The translations under genes were made by a program, and so were the position numbers. Positions 12,439-25,780 of a stretch of DNA of 64,000 nt are shown here, piece by piece. The stretch is from assembly GCA_050084515.1 (NCBI GenBank), contig CM114271.1, forward strand, positions 10,106,001 to 10,170,000, written 5' to 3'. The notes beneath the pieces were generated by a model. It saw only the letters and a list, made by a program, of their open reading frames with translations, had not been told where the DNA came from and made no database searches. Numbering within the stretch: position 1 is the first letter of the stretch; every line of letters starts with the position of its first letter. Origin of the DNA: Blasia pusilla (taxonomy: Eukaryota).

Positions 12439-15400
12439 TCGCGAAGATAGGACTGAAAATATAAGATAGCAAAGAGAAAGGCAACAAAGACTACAAAGAG
12501 CAGGAAGATTGTGAAGACTGACTCATCACGGCAATTTTGGAAGCCAGATTTGGAGCTGCGCCAGAGTTAAAAGAGAGCGGAAATGGAGTGCCACGGCAAT
12601 TAGCAATCTTAGGAAGATGGTCACTTAGGTCAAAACTTTCCGGTCTTCAAAAATACCATCCTCCGTGAATACCAAGGCACTGAATCTACCGCCCATCTGC
12701 CACCAGGCTGAAGTAAAACCTCCCCGAGGCTGTCTGGACTCCGGGCCGAACCTCGGCTTACTATCCAAACCGGGCTCTTGTCTATCAAAAAGAAAAGAAA
12801 AGAAAAATGGTGGAGACTGCATAGACAAAGCCAAATCGTCTGGCTTTGCTGTCACTGGCTATTCACGCGCAACAGGCGCTGTCTGAGATGGGGTTAGGGC
12901 AGATGTAACCGGCGGACTAGCTAGCCTCAATGGAGGAGGTTAGGAGTAGCACTTAGAAATCTAGATTAGAATAGGAAGATCAATCATACTTGTAAAAGAC
13001 TAGTTATAGAATGAATAAGAAGAAGAAGAAGAAGGGATCATTCCCTTGTGTTGCGAATTCTCCAGTAATATTGATCACAGTCATTCTTTTATGTGGGAAG
13101 TTTTCTTAGTAGTCTTGTTAAATTGGGTAAGGAGTTTGTTGGGGATGATCCAAGCCAAAGAGTCTTTTGTGCTTTGAAGCTTGTAATACTTTCTAGTCTT
13201 TCCACTCTTTGATGCAAAAGAAGAGTCTTCTCTCATGCTTTTTGATGTGCGGAATTGTATGTGGATTCTATTGGACTGCAGTAGAGATGAGAGTTGAGTC
13301 TTGTAATTTTGAAATTTCAGAAGATAATCAGGAAGAAGCATAGGAAAGCTATTAAATAGTGAGTAACCTGCCATGACAGATTTAGTTTTGAAAGTAGGAT
13401 GAGTCGCCATTTTTTAGGTCTCTTTGAGATCTTCGTAGAGCTTTGTTTTTCAAGATTCGCAAGAGTCTTCATGTGCACTTGAGAAGACTCTTTTCCAAGA
13501 GGGAAGAAAATGCTTTTATTATTTTGTACTTGTACAAGAGTGTCATTGTAGTTAGTCAGTAAAAATCATTGAAGAAGGAGTTTATTCTTGATATTCTTTA
13601 TAAAACCTCTCTTTACTTAGGAAACAGTGGTCTCTTGGGAACGAACTGAGTTCTTTGCAATAAAAAGAGTATCTTTTTCCTAGATTTGTACAGTATATAA
13701 GGAAATAGGTAAGGAATTTTTGGCGCTGCTGCCGTGGATCACTAGATCTCCCAAGCAAGGAGAGGTAGCGAGAGACAGTGGGGTATGGGAGTAGAACAAG
13801 TCGTAGGACCCCCACTTGGTGTAAGACGGGTACTACAAGCGGAGGATCCTTCTGCGCTGAGAGTACCATGGAACTAAGAAAATTATCCAAAGAGTCTTCA
13901 TTCCCATAGAGTGGAGCCTTGTGTGCGGGGTGAGGCGTTTAAGATCTTTGGACGTTTTGGATGGATCTGGAAAGAAGCATTGAAACGCGCGAGCAAAGAT
14001 CTGAGGGAGAAAGAAGAGAAAGAGAAGAGCAAAGTGCCTGGAGACCGCCAAGGACACCTGCGAAGAACCGTTCCCCTCTTTGTCCAAAGCCTTCTGGGCG
14101 AAGACAAGAGAGAAGGAGGTCACCTATGCCTCTTGATTCACCACCGAAGCCAGACCCAGAAGAGGAGTGGGATCGGTTTGACCACCACAACTCGGATGAA
14201 GAGAAGGATAACAGAGGGGATGTGCCTTCCCCATCAAGTGGTGGAAGTCCTCTAAGTAGTGAAGGCAGCGAACCACCGATGGCACAACCACGCAAGGCGC
14301 TTCTGAGATATCCCACCTTTGCAGGAAGCAAGCGAGATGATGGGTATGACTTCATGTTGGAGTTTACCCATGTGGCAAAAGAAAATGGAGAAGGATGAGA
14401 GGAGGATCTCCTTAGAGTCTTTCCTGGACTCTTAAAGAAGCATACCAGTCAGTGGTATGAGGGGATAGACGCAGAGCATTTGGAAACTTGGAAGACCCTG
14501 CTTAAGACGTTTCTTCATGAGTTTGGGGACCTAGAATTTGATGATCGCCTCCTTACGAAGCTTCATGATTTTAAAAGAAGAAAGAGACTTTGAGAGAGTA
14601 CATTGAGAGATTTCACAGCTTGGCTCGTAAGTTGGAGCACACCACTATGCCACAATTAGTGGATTGGTATATGTTGGGTTTATCCAAGGAGATGGATCCC
14701 TACTGTTGCAGGAGGCAACATGACTCATTAGCATTTGTCATCGCCTCTTTAGAAGCTTACAAGGCGTTGGAGAAGTCCAAGCGGACGTGGAAGAAGTGAC
14801 ATCATAGGAAGTGGACAAGCTCTTCATGAGAGGAGTCTTCGTCTTCTTCGAACTCTCGGGATACCTCGGCGGGCAGCACTAGCAGCAAAGACTCCGAGTC
14901 TGAGGAGGACTCCAAGGGCAAGAAGAAGAAGAAGAAAGCAAGACGCCTAAGATGGTCTTTGTCCTCAGGGAAGGGACGTAGGGACCAGAGCGCAAAGACA
15001 GAGAGCCGCAAGTCGGTAAGCCTTGATCGTAAGACTAAGAAGGATGGGGAGAAATCCGCCAACAGTGAATTGACAAAGCAAATGGCCGAATTAAAGGTAC
15101 ACTTGGCGGCCCAAAATGATTCTCGAAGAAGGTCACGTCTTATGCGGCCTAACATATGGTGTAGTGCTTGTGGGACTCAAGGGCAAACAGTGCCAGAGTG
15201 CCCACTACAACGAGACTTACGTTGGATGCAAGAAGAAACCTCAAAGGAAGAGGGATGGTATGAAGCAGACTAGTGGGAGGGATGCTATGCGGTTCAGGGA
15301 GTTCCCGAGGCTAGTACTTCTCGTAGCTGGATCCCTAGATACATGCCGCCAAAATATGGAGAGCATAGGCCTCTATGACAGATCATGGGACCCGCAGCAT

Positions 15401-18038
15401 TCACCCCACCCATCAAAAGAAATTGATGCTATAATTGTGAGGCAACCGATCATTGGGCAAACAACTGTCCCAACTCAAAGAGACTAGTGGGGTTGAATTC
15501 ATTGTGTGGTAATTGCAAGAAGGGAGGACACACTCCAGTGGAGTGCTCGGAACCTCAAGTGCCGCGGCTCTTGGTCAAATATGTAACCACTCCACCGGCA
15601 CCAACCAAAACCAAGAATGAGGTTAATGTGCAGCTAGTGCGCGTGTGGAAGAAGTCACCACACCAAGGATGCCAAGGAAGCTGACAATGAAGGAAGACGA
15701 CCCTGTAACGAGATCGACAAAGAGTCCTCAGATTGGCCCAAAGACATTCTCAACAAGGTCTTCCCATTGGAAACCACGTCCAAGTCTAAGAAGAAGACTG
15801 TGAGAGCAAGACCCCAGAATCTTCATCTTTTGAAAGTGTTAGGTCTACGAAGAAAGCGGTTGAGACATTTCTGCGCGGGAAAGCTATTCTGAAAGGTAAT
15901 GAGGACCTAACTTTTGATCGTAATCATCCAAAGTACTTCCATCCGGAAGTAGAGGAGCAGGTCCGTAACCAAGTTCAGGAAGAACAAGCAAGGGGAGTCT
16001 TCGTGCAATGACCCTTACATAAGCACAAAGAAGTAAAAATGGAGACCTCGTTGGCTTCCCCTTTGGTGATGGAAGCTTACGACTTGCTGAAGTATTTGGT
16101 TGCCATTCCAACAAATATGCATTTTTTGCACTTACTTATGGATAATCCCATTTATGGGAAAATTCTCCAATGTTGGAAGGTTGGACGTAAGAAGAAGGCA
16201 GGAGCAAAGAAGCTCCCACTGGTGGATTTTTTCCGCATAGAAGTTGAAGACCTTGGTGTGTCGGAAGTGGAAGTTGAAATTGAAGGGCATACCATCAAGA
16301 AGGTCCCTATAGATTCTGGAAGCAGGATCAACATCATGACAGAGTAGATCGCTCAGGCTTTAGGTCACACTAAGTATGAATCCACCGATAAGTATTTACG
16401 CTTCGCGGATCAGTCTCGTAAGCGGCCCTTGGGGCAGCTGACCCAGATATCCACTATGATAGGAGGGGTTCTATTTCTACTAGACTATCTTGTCCTTTAG
16501 CCTTTGACAGTCATAGATTACCCCTTACTCATTGGAAGACCGAGGCTTTATGGGGCTGAGGTCAATTCAAATTGGAAAAGACGAAGATTCACGTTCCAAA
16601 CGCCATCAAGTACTTCCAAGAAGTTGGTGAAGTTGTCTTGGAAGTCTCGGCCGTCTCAAGGAGAGACACCTGCCATGGATGAGGGGTATACCTTGGATCA
16701 AGACCTGGCAATTGATACTGAGTCCTTGTCCTATGTGTGCTACTAGGAGTGCTATGAGATAGATGAAGAATTTCTACAATCAGAGCAAAGCAAGTCCTTC
16801 CCAAGAGAGGAGCCAACTAGGCTCACTACCTACCAATTCACGGACAAAATGGTGTAGGTAAAGGACTACCAAGAAGTCTTGATCAGCAATACTAAGGCAT
16901 TACGTTTGTCTGCAGACTTGATGCATCTAAAATTTCACTATATAAAACTTTGCTTTCGAAGTACCTTGATGTGTTTGCCTACACCATGGATGAGATAAAA
17001 GGAGTACGAGCCAAATATGGGGAGCATAGAATTGATCTAAAGCCTGGGGAAATCCCTGTGCAAATGTGGTAGTATAGATTGAATCCAAAGTATTCCTTAA
17101 TGGTCAAAGATGAAAATGATCAGAGGTTGGAAGAAGGAGTCATCTATCCGGTGCTTAGTAGTGAGTGGATGTCTCCCATAGGCATTGTTCCGAAGAAGAA
17201 GTCGGGTAAGATCAGGGTATGTCAAGACTATAGGAAGCTTAATGCGGCCACCCTGAAGGATCATCATCCCCTGCCCTTTACCGATACTATCTTAGATAAA
17301 GTGGCTGGTCATGAACGCTACACATTCCTGGACGGATATTTCGGTTACAATCAAGTGTCCATTAGAGAAAAGGACCGGGCCCTGACTACCTTCACCACAG
17401 ATTGGGGTACTTTTGCCTATCGAGTGATGCCTTTTGGCATGTGCAATGCCCTTGCCACTTTTCAAAGAATGATGATCTCTATCTTTCAGGAGTACTTGCA
17501 AAGGTTCATAGAGATCTTCTTGGATGACTTTTGTGTCTTTAGCTCGACAGCCGATCATTTGCAGAAGCTAGAGCTGAACTTGGCTTGGTGCAAAGAAGTG
17601 CAATTGTCTTTGCACTCAGAGAAGTCTTACATTGCAATGAAGCATGATATCCTATTGGGGCATCAAGTGTCTTCGCGTGGTATAGAAATGGATAAGGCTA
17701 AGGTGGAAATAATTTCAGAGTTGGAAGCTCCCATGAATCTTCATGAGCTAAGAGGATTCTGGGGGGTTCTATTGCCCGTTCATTAAGGATTATGCACTAA
17801 AGGCAAAGCCTTTAACTACCCTACTGAAGAAAACTGAGGAGTGAGAGTGGTTGCCAGTGTGTCAGACGACATTTGATGAGTTGAAGCAGGAGTTGATAAC
17901 TTCTCCTGTGCTTCGTCCTCCGGACTGGACGAAGACATTTCAAGTGTATGTAGACACCTCTTCGTTTGCCATTTGTGTAGTACTAAATCAATTAGATGAG
18001 AAGAAGAAGGATTACCTTATCTATTACGCAGGTCAGAA
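12439..18038 (+). mobile_element. 3'-truncated Athila-like Ty3/gypsy element (partial 5' LTR to ~13697, PBS, gag, PR, RT, start of RH)
   Basis: LTR homology, PBS TGGCGCTGCTGCCGTGGA (13721-13738) resembling the tRNA-Asp-type Athila PBS, and the coding motifs listed in the next feature. Confidence 0.88.
14279..18038 (+). pseudogene. gag (three CCHC-like knuckles), protease, RT, partial RNase H
   Basis: MAQPRKALLRYPTF..; CSACGTQGQTVPECP, CYNCEATDHWANNCP and CGNCKKGGHTPVECS; VPIDSGSRINIM (PR); QDYRKLNAAT..FLDDFCV (RT); QVYVDTSSFAI (RH). Confidence 0.9.
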
Positions 18039-19297
18039 ATACAATTGATAGATCATTTGGAATGATCTCAACGTGTAAAATAAATTTGCAGCATTCCCAT
18101 CGTCCTCTGAAGGGGAAATATCTCTAAAGCATGTCAATACTGATTCTAGAGAATCACACAATGTGGTCACAGCTTGCCAACGGGATAACCATCTAATCTT
18201 GTGGTATCTCTTCATAACTCGTTGGGAGTCATTGAATTTTTCTTGCAACGATGCTAGAATTGTTTTCCTCTTGGACGACCTTCTAAAGTAACCAGCTATT
18301 GCATTGAGAATCGAATCGACTTCAGAGGATATTGACTTGCAATCAGGAGCTTTCGCAGCTGACAAAGCCGCCAAAATTGTTCTATGGGCTACACAATGAA
18401 CTGAAAGAATATAGGGATTTACCTTCTGCTTTATTTGGGAGGCCACCCCTGTCTGGCTACCTACCATTGTAGAAGCTCCATTTGAACCAAATGCTACCAT
18501 TGTGGAGAATTCTAACCCTCCATCTTTGATTAGTTGCAACAAACTTTCAGTAATAGCATTGGAACATTTTGATTCGCAACGAAGTAGTCCCGGAAAACAA
18601 CATTCTGCGTGGCCCTCTTCAATGAAGGTGGCAAACAAAACCAAATGCCCTGTTACAGATATATCAGTTGACTCATCGATCATAATGCCATAGAAAGGAG
18701 AGGCTTGAACTCTCACAAGAGTTCTTCTAAACAAAACTTGGCTAATGAAGTAACACATCTCACTACAACTCTTTTCATCATGATATAAATCTCAGGTAAT
18801 AGAGGTATTGATCAATAACATTAACTTACAAAGGCTAGGAAATTAAAAAAATGGCATAGCCTCCTTCGCAAGGAAGTATGCGCACTTAAACAATGTCAAC
18901 AACGCGATTTCACAAGTGCGGTTGGTGGTGGAAACTTCTTACCCCCATGTGCAGCCCATGCAAGCTTGATGTGCTCGTTGGACTTGGCATGATCAGTGAA
19001 GGCTGAAACCTTACAGTTTATTGCGCCATCTTTGGCAAACACACTCTTTCCTTTCCCCTTCTTACAAACTTTACAAAAGATTCTACCAAGGGTTGAATCC
19101 CACTCAATCCAATCATACATCGAATATCATACATCCTTGCATGCTACACGAACTTTTCCAGGTACATTCGCACTGCTTCCTAACAAAGGCGACTCATCTC
19201 TATCATCAGATGAGTGAGACAATGCGATAATGTCACGCTCGTTATTGATTCGTTCCTTACCTAGGAAGGAAGTCATTGTCTTTTTCCTCTTGGCCAT
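18039..19297 (-). pseudogene. N-terminal half of hAT transposase (ZNF862-like type)
   Basis: N-terminal zinc finger (IFCKVC..H), YGIMIDESTD, VHCVAHR and KIRWLSR motifs, with frameshifts. Confidence 0.88.
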
Positions 19298-19898
19298 ATG
19301 CACTACTGGGCACTGGGCAACTATCTGGACTACAACATGAAAGCACGGAAGAAGGGCTACCCCACGGGAATAAGCTGGAATGGAGGAGCTGCAATGAGCT
19401 CCAAGATTTCAAAGTAAAGAGCAAAGTAAAGTGAGAGTAAAGTAAATAGTGAGCTGATAAAGAGCCCGCGGGATACGGCTAGGAGGAGGACACCCTGGCT
19501 CAAATCGAGATAAACCTTGGCCCAAATGAACATAAACCCTGGTCCAAATCGAGAGAAATCTTGGCCCTAATGGACAGAAACCATGGCCCAAATCTAGAGA
19601 AACCCTTGACCAAACAAAGAGAAACTCTGGCCCAAATTTGCATAAACCCTGAATCGCACGATGGAAAAAAAGGTGAAGTCGCGGTCGTGTCTAAACAGTT
19701 CTCAACGCTGGAAGTCCCCACCCGTAACCAAGTCGAACTAGAGAGAGTGTGAGTCTCTGAGAGCCGAGAGAAGTTGCAGCAGCTGCGCAACTTGGAGAGG
19801 CCCGCGTAAATGTAGGCGATTTGCGGAGCAGCAGAGCAAATCGATGCAAACTTGCTAAGGAAACAAAAATAAGAAATATATCCCGGCTGCTTGAGAGA

Positions 19899-20004
19899 TG
19901 TCGTGCGAATCCACATCGTCATACAACATACATCGTTGACATACCATACTCACATACGTACATAACATAGACGAGAGTATCCACAAACGCAAGTGTACCA
20001 CAAC
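19899..20004 (-). repeat. Repeat unit A, terminal copy (106 bp)
   Basis: Direct repeat of 20375-20480, with two substitutions seen. Confidence 0.95.
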
Positions 20005-20372
20005 TGAAATCCGTGAAAGACCTACTGTCATAAAACACGTTTACAATCACATACAATCGAGCCAAACCCACTCCACGATGGGAGAATCCAGGTCGAAGCT
20101 TGCGGGAAACACCATAGCCAAGAGCTCTACTCACTACCAAGGCTAACTCCCAACGCAATAGGCTCAACTCAAAGAACTGACTGTTCTTTGAGTGCACTCC
20201 ACCTTATATCCTCCAACCTAAGAGCGGGCCCTACTAGGAAACTCACCCCCAACTGAGTAACCTCCAACCCTATGTATGGAACCGCATCTCTACCAAGCCA
20301 CTACGGTCCTACATAAGGAATGACCTCTACTAGCACACTATACTCTACGACATAATCCGTATGGTCATGACA
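20005..20372 (-). repeat. Repeat unit B, 3' copy (~370 bp)
   Basis: Direct repeat of 29271-29640 with only a few differences. Confidence 0.95.
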
Positions 20373-20374
20373 GC

Positions 20375-20480
20375 TGTCGTGCGAATCCACATCGTCATAC
20401 AACATACATCGCTGACATACCATACTCACATATGTACATAACATAGACGAGAGTATCCACAAACGCAAGTGTACCACAAC
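20375..20480 (-). repeat. Repeat unit A, internal copy directly after the polypurine tract
   Basis: Direct repeat of 19899-20004. Sense AGGGGGGCGA (20490-20481) abuts it, and GC separates it from B. Confidence 0.95.
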
Positions 20481-20653
20481 TCGCCCCCCTAACTGGCGGT
20501 TAGGTCCCTCTAACTCCCAGGTAGCCCTATACATCTACTACATGCTATACACCTTCTTGGGTGCCTGAATCACAAGGCCGGGTGCTAGGTTGCCCCATCG
20601 TTAGTCGCACATCTGTAATCCATATCATGCAAAGATCAAGTCATCTACCTCTC

Positions 20654-20794
20654 CTAAGTACATCGAGGACAAACCCACCTTCCAAGAGGGAACAACATCC
20701 AAACGTGGAGTCAAACACATCATGTGCCAACCCCTAGAACACCGATCACACACCAACATACGGGTGCGTTACGTGCAGACCCACACAACATGCA
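20654..20794 (-). pseudogene. PHD finger (C4HC3) at the C-terminus of pol
   Basis: Manual minus-strand translation: CMLCGSARNAP / MLVCDRCSRGWHMMCLTPRLDVVP / GRWVCPRCT*, with two 1-nt frameshifts. It is not visible in the ORF track. Confidence 0.88.
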
Positions 20795-20799
20795 CCTCA

Positions 20800-21970
20800 A
20801 GCTAGCACGTATCATGGCTAAGCTTGGGTCAATCAGATACCATCCACATTTGGAAGATGACATGGCGCACAATTACGCACATGGTCCTTCCAAACAACTC
20901 CATCACGACCCTCCAACATGAGAACTCCAGAAGCTAACACCTCGCGCACTCATAAAATAGTGCGGCCTGCCGTCACATCCAACGTTGTCAGGGCAATCTG
21001 CTGCAAATAGACATAGTCCCCCACATGGAACCTACGAATCGATGGTCGATAACCTCCACCTCGAATGGTTGCATACCGCAACGTATCCCCTGTGTTGAGC
21101 AATGGCAAGATTCTCAAAGGTCGTTGGCATAACTCTCCGAAAGAGCTCCGCCCGTTGAGAACACACCCTCATCCACATCTCCGGGTCATCAAGGTTCACC
21201 ACCTCACTAGACTCCCGACCAATTCTTTGGCAAGTCGGATCTCGGCCGTATAATGAAAATAAGGTGAGAAGGAAGCCAAGGATGCTTGACGATCGAACCT
21301 ATACCCCATGGCTAACCATGGCAATCGAATATCCGGTCTCCAAGATGCCCTTCAGAGGCCATACTTGCGCAATGCCCTTTTCATCGCCCCGAACCACACG
21401 CTCAGCCAAACCATCCGCCCCGGATGATCTCGAGACGTGGTCCGATGATCAATCAACGCCTTGTCACACAAGACTGAAACTCATCCTGAAACTCAGACCT
21501 GGTTGGTCAAGACTTGGTGATGCACCAAAATGACTAAGCACTCTATCCAAACGCATACGCCATTCCCTCACTCGCCTTGTCCGGTAATGCCACCAACTCA
21601 ATCCACTTGGAGAAGTGCTCCACCATCACCAACACATATCGATGATGTCGTACAGTCAACGGTAACGGTCCCGCAAAGTCCACACTCCAATGGTAACCCA
21701 ACCCCATAATAGGCAAGGGGTGTAATTGTGGTGTATGGGCATTAAATGATGCCCTCACCCGGTCACAAACCATACAATGTGACACCAACTGCTGCACCTG
21801 AGTATGCATGCCACGCCACCAATCTTCGCCAAGGAGTAAGCTATACGACGCTTTACCCCAAAATGTCCCAACTCCTCATGGGCATGTCGCACAATGCGCT
21901 CTCTCTGAGCCAAATGTGGCACTACTCGTACTCTACCATCCTCCCACACGCGGAGAATATGTGTTCCCTC
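20800..21970 (-). pseudogene. Ty3/gypsy integrase
   Basis: HAHEELGHFG..CMVC (HHCC) and WSVDFAGPLP..VMVEHFSKWIE (DDE core), frameshifted. Confidence 0.9.
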
Positions 21971-23640
21971 CAATCGATACCTCTTAGCACGTTGAAGAAC
22001 ACGGTCTCGCTCCTTGGCACCCTACTGGTTCGTAGGAACTCCAACACCAACGCATCATCATGAATATCACGCTGATCCGTACCACCATCTCCAACCTTAG
22101 GATCTGAAGGCTGGCCATCTACCCTCTGACTAGAGTAAGATATCATGTGGTCCTCCATACTAGAGTCCACCCCTAACCAACATAAAAAGGCGGATGCATG
22201 CCAACCTGGCACCATCTCCTCATCAACCTCGCCATGCCATCTAGCCCTTGTTGTATCCTCTTGGCTAGTACATGGGTTCCTACTCAACCCATCAGCATCA
22301 AGGTTGGCAACTCCAAGTCTATGTACCACCTGGAAGTCATACTCCTGTAAGATAAGAGCCCACCGTGCAAGCTTCCCTGTAAGCTTGTCCGACTCCATCA
22401 ACCACTTGAGCGGTTGGTGATCAGTAACAAGGGTAAACTGGGTGCCAAACAAGTAACACCTAAAGTGTGCCACAGCCCACACTACTGCCAAGCACTCTCC
22501 CTCATATGAACTATAGCGCGACTCCGCTGCATTATTCGAACGACTTGCATAGGCCACCACAAACTCCATGTGCTCATCATCATGTTGTGTCAACACCGCT
22601 CCAAGTCCCAACCTACTCCAATCAGTGTGTAATTGAAATGGGCGCCCTCTGATAGGTCTCCTCAAGATAGGCGCCGCCACCAACTGGGCCTTAAGCTCCA
22701 CAAAAGCTCTCTCCTGATCATCTCCCCAGTGCCACTCTTGATCTGATTTCAGCAATTGGTTCAAAGGCTTTGCCATAGCACTAAATTCCTTCACATACCT
22801 CCGATAGTAGTTCGCCAATCCCATGAATGCTCGAACTCTACTCACATCTACCGGACACGGAATAAGAGCAATAGCCTCCACCTTTGCTTGCTGAACTCCC
22901 AAACCACCTGGATAGATCACATGACCCAAGTACTCAACATCCTCATGGAAGAACTTACACTTTCCTGGATGCAAACGTAGACCATGAGCTTTCAACCGCT
23001 CAAACACCATCTGCAAATATATTTGATGCTCCTCCACCGTGTTACTGAACACCAAGATATCATCAATGTAACACCGAACAAAATCCAACCCTGCTAGGAT
23101 CCTGTCCATCACTCTTTGAAACTCGGCAGGTGCATTCTTCAACCCAAAGGGTAAGAATTTCCACTGGTACAAACAATCCTTGCCATGAGAGTTGACACCC
23201 CAAAATGTTGTCTTGGCCTTGTCACTCTCCCGAATCGGCAATTGATGGTATCCTGCCCGAAGATCCAAAGTACTGAAAATCTTTGCCTGTCCCACCACAT
23301 CAAAGATCTCCTCATGTGTAGGCATGGCATACCTATCGGCCTTGGTTTGCCGATTGATAGGACGGTAATCTCCACACATCCGCCTATCCGTAGTTGCCAT
23401 GCATATCCTTTTAGCAAGCATGACAGTGGTCGATGCATACTCTCCATGCGACAACTCCACTAATCCAGCCTCCAAAAGATCCAACGTCCTACTCAATCAA
23501 GTCCTCTCCATATCACTATATCGGTAGGGACGACGGTAAGATTGGCGTATCACTAGCCAAATCAATCCGTATACCGGGTCCAACCAGAGAACCCAACTCC
23601 TTCATGCTAAAGGCAAAACAACTCCTATAAGCACGTAGGA
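21922..23640 (-). pseudogene. Ty3/gypsy reverse transcriptase and RNase H
   Basis: The 524-aa ORF contains RMCGDYRPIN, LDLRAGYHQ, LPFGLKNAP, YIDDILVFS, LHTDWS..GAVL, YEGECLAVVWAV and TDHQPL. Confidence 0.95.
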
Positions 23641-23994
23641 ACTGTGTCAAGCGTCGTTTCTCACCTCCCGTAAGCTTGGGCCCAAGTAATGGCTTCCAAT
23701 TCTCCTCCACTGGCACACTAGAGGGAGAGGACGATGCCATTGGTCGCTCATAACCCCCTCACAAGATGGTACACCCTTAGCTACACCATCATCTGAGCAA
23801 ATAACTCCTCCACCATCATGAGCAACCAACTCCATATGCCCAGCCATTACATCCCATTTACTCCAAGGATGCAAAATACTACTCTCCTCGCCCCCAGCCG
23901 ATGCCTCTACCGTCCCGGTAGCCATCGAGCTCATTACAAGGGGTGGAAGACCCACAGACATAGTCCAAAGTCGACGCTGCTCGGCCATACCAAG

Positions 23995-24940
23995 ACTCAA
24001 AATCCAAGTCAAACAATTCAGGTCCATGGCCTGACCCAACACATGACGTCGTGAAGCCTCACAAATAGAAGCAACCGTTGTCACACCAGTAGCAAATCCC
24101 ATCGCACGCTCTCTCTCATTAGTGTTAGGCTCCACCAACTGTCGCACATGAGAATCCCATACAAGCCCCGGACCACCTTCCCTGTAGGCATGTGACGAGG
24201 GAAAACTCACAAATGTGGGTAGTGCCATCCTAGGCTGGCCCACACGGTTCACCACCGCCATGGGTGACCGATCAATAACCCTCACCACTTGAGAAAGTCG
24301 CCCAAGATCAAGATACTATCCACTTTGTAAGGCGAGGATCCCGCCAGACCGCATCATATGCTCGACGTAGAACCTCCTAGGCAACAAGTTTGTCCACCAC
24401 AAGCGTGGGCGATGTGCACGCTGAGCCAACTCTTGCATCAACAACACCGCTGGTCCAATCCAAGACCGCACCTCATGAACACTCGCCATCATCTGGGTCC
24501 GAGTGTCACCCAACAATGGAACATTCTCCAGAATGTAAGCTAGAGCACGTGCCTGATGAACCTGAAGATGTCGTAACACCCGTAACATCTCCCAAAACAA
24601 TCGAGACCTAGGGTCATATAATCCCTCACCACGACCAGCACGTGTATGACCCTGACATGACCATCCAGCAATCACCAAATCCACAGGACCAATACCCTCA
24701 AAGTCCTGCGCCCCCAACAATGCAATGTGTGATGGTAAAGCACGCTGGTACCCACTAATAGCTGATGGCGGCAACAACTCAGGATACCTCCGCATCAACT
24801 GACCAATATGTCGGGATGAGACTCTCTGGGCCGTCTCATCTCGCTCCACATACACGTATCTCCGCCTGGAATACCGCCCGCAACATCAGAGCCAAACCAG
24901 TGCTAATCCCACCAAAGAGATCTAACACACAAATGCCCTC
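23995..24940 (-). pseudogene. DNMT3-like DNA (cytosine-5) methyltransferase domain within pol
   Basis: Motifs in canonical order: VLDLFGGISTG (I), YVERD (II), DLVIAGWSCQG (IV), RLFWEMLRVL (V), YILENVP (VI), AHRPRLWWTNL (VIII), ERERAMGF (IX), RRHVLGQAMDL (X). A few frameshifts. Confidence 0.92.
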
Positions 24941-25299
24941 CGCGGATCTTGCGCCATACAATGGGTGTAGTATCCAAAGGAGATAACCCAATCGGGCCAC
25001 AAGTAGGAGTCCGCCGTGGGGCCTCCTCTTCCTCGTGAGGTATAATGACCTCACACCAAGCCTCTCTGCACTAGGCGTCGCCTCTGCCGTAGTGCACCGC
25101 CTGAACTCCAAAGTGGCACATCCAACGATGAGGATGCCACTGCTGCAAAAATAGGGACCTCCTCTACCTCCTCATGCGCAGGAGAATCCATAGCAGAAAC
25201 ATTACCCTCCAAAAAGTCTCCTGGCCAAGTGACTACTCCACTAAAACCAGCCACAGATGCTAACACTGTTGGGGAAGACCCTCCTGGTCGAGCCCCAGA

Positions 25300-25780
25300 A
25301 ATAAATCTCACACGAACTTGGCTCATACGTCCATCCCGGACGCCAACCAGGTCAGAAGACGCCTGTCTCGACCCGATAATCCATCTGAAAACCCATCGGG
25401 TACAATATTGCTCCTCCAACTAGTACATCATACGACTCGGCTGATGTGACTACCGCAGATACTCCCAACCGGGAGCTATCAGTCGCATGATCTGGTCTCA
25501 ACTGTACAGAAAACTTTTCCCGTGTCATGAATTGAGACCTATCATTGGCTCCTCCAAGTGATGTTTGAATCTGGAATGGGCAAGGCTCAAGCTCTGACCT
25601 CCGAATACCCAAACCAATACATGCCGCCTTTCCCAACATCAAGGTTGGGCACCGAGTCTAACAAGACTCTATCGGTCTATACACTCCCCAGTAGGACTCA
25701 CCAATCGGAAGATCCCACTCCGGTTGTCCAACATACATACACCAGGTGTAAGCCTCTCACGATCAATGGTGGCCGGGTGG
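25300..25780 (-). pseudogene. Aspartic protease
   Basis: RVLLDS(G)AQP.MLG (frameshifted here, intact LLDSGAQP in the copy at ~56900) followed by YDVLVGGAIL. Confidence 0.8.

Noticed and set aside
19899-20480. A-B-A as a solo LTR (B) inserted with a 106-bp target duplication
   Set aside because: A is absent from the empty site in hAT copy 2, the true TSD lies outside the distal A, and the PPT abuts the internal A, so A belongs to the element.
23995-24940. Host DNMT3/DRM gene or bacterial restriction-modification methylase
   Set aside because: It is intronless, colinear within pol and repeated in diverged copies of the same element. No cognate nuclease or bacterial context is present.
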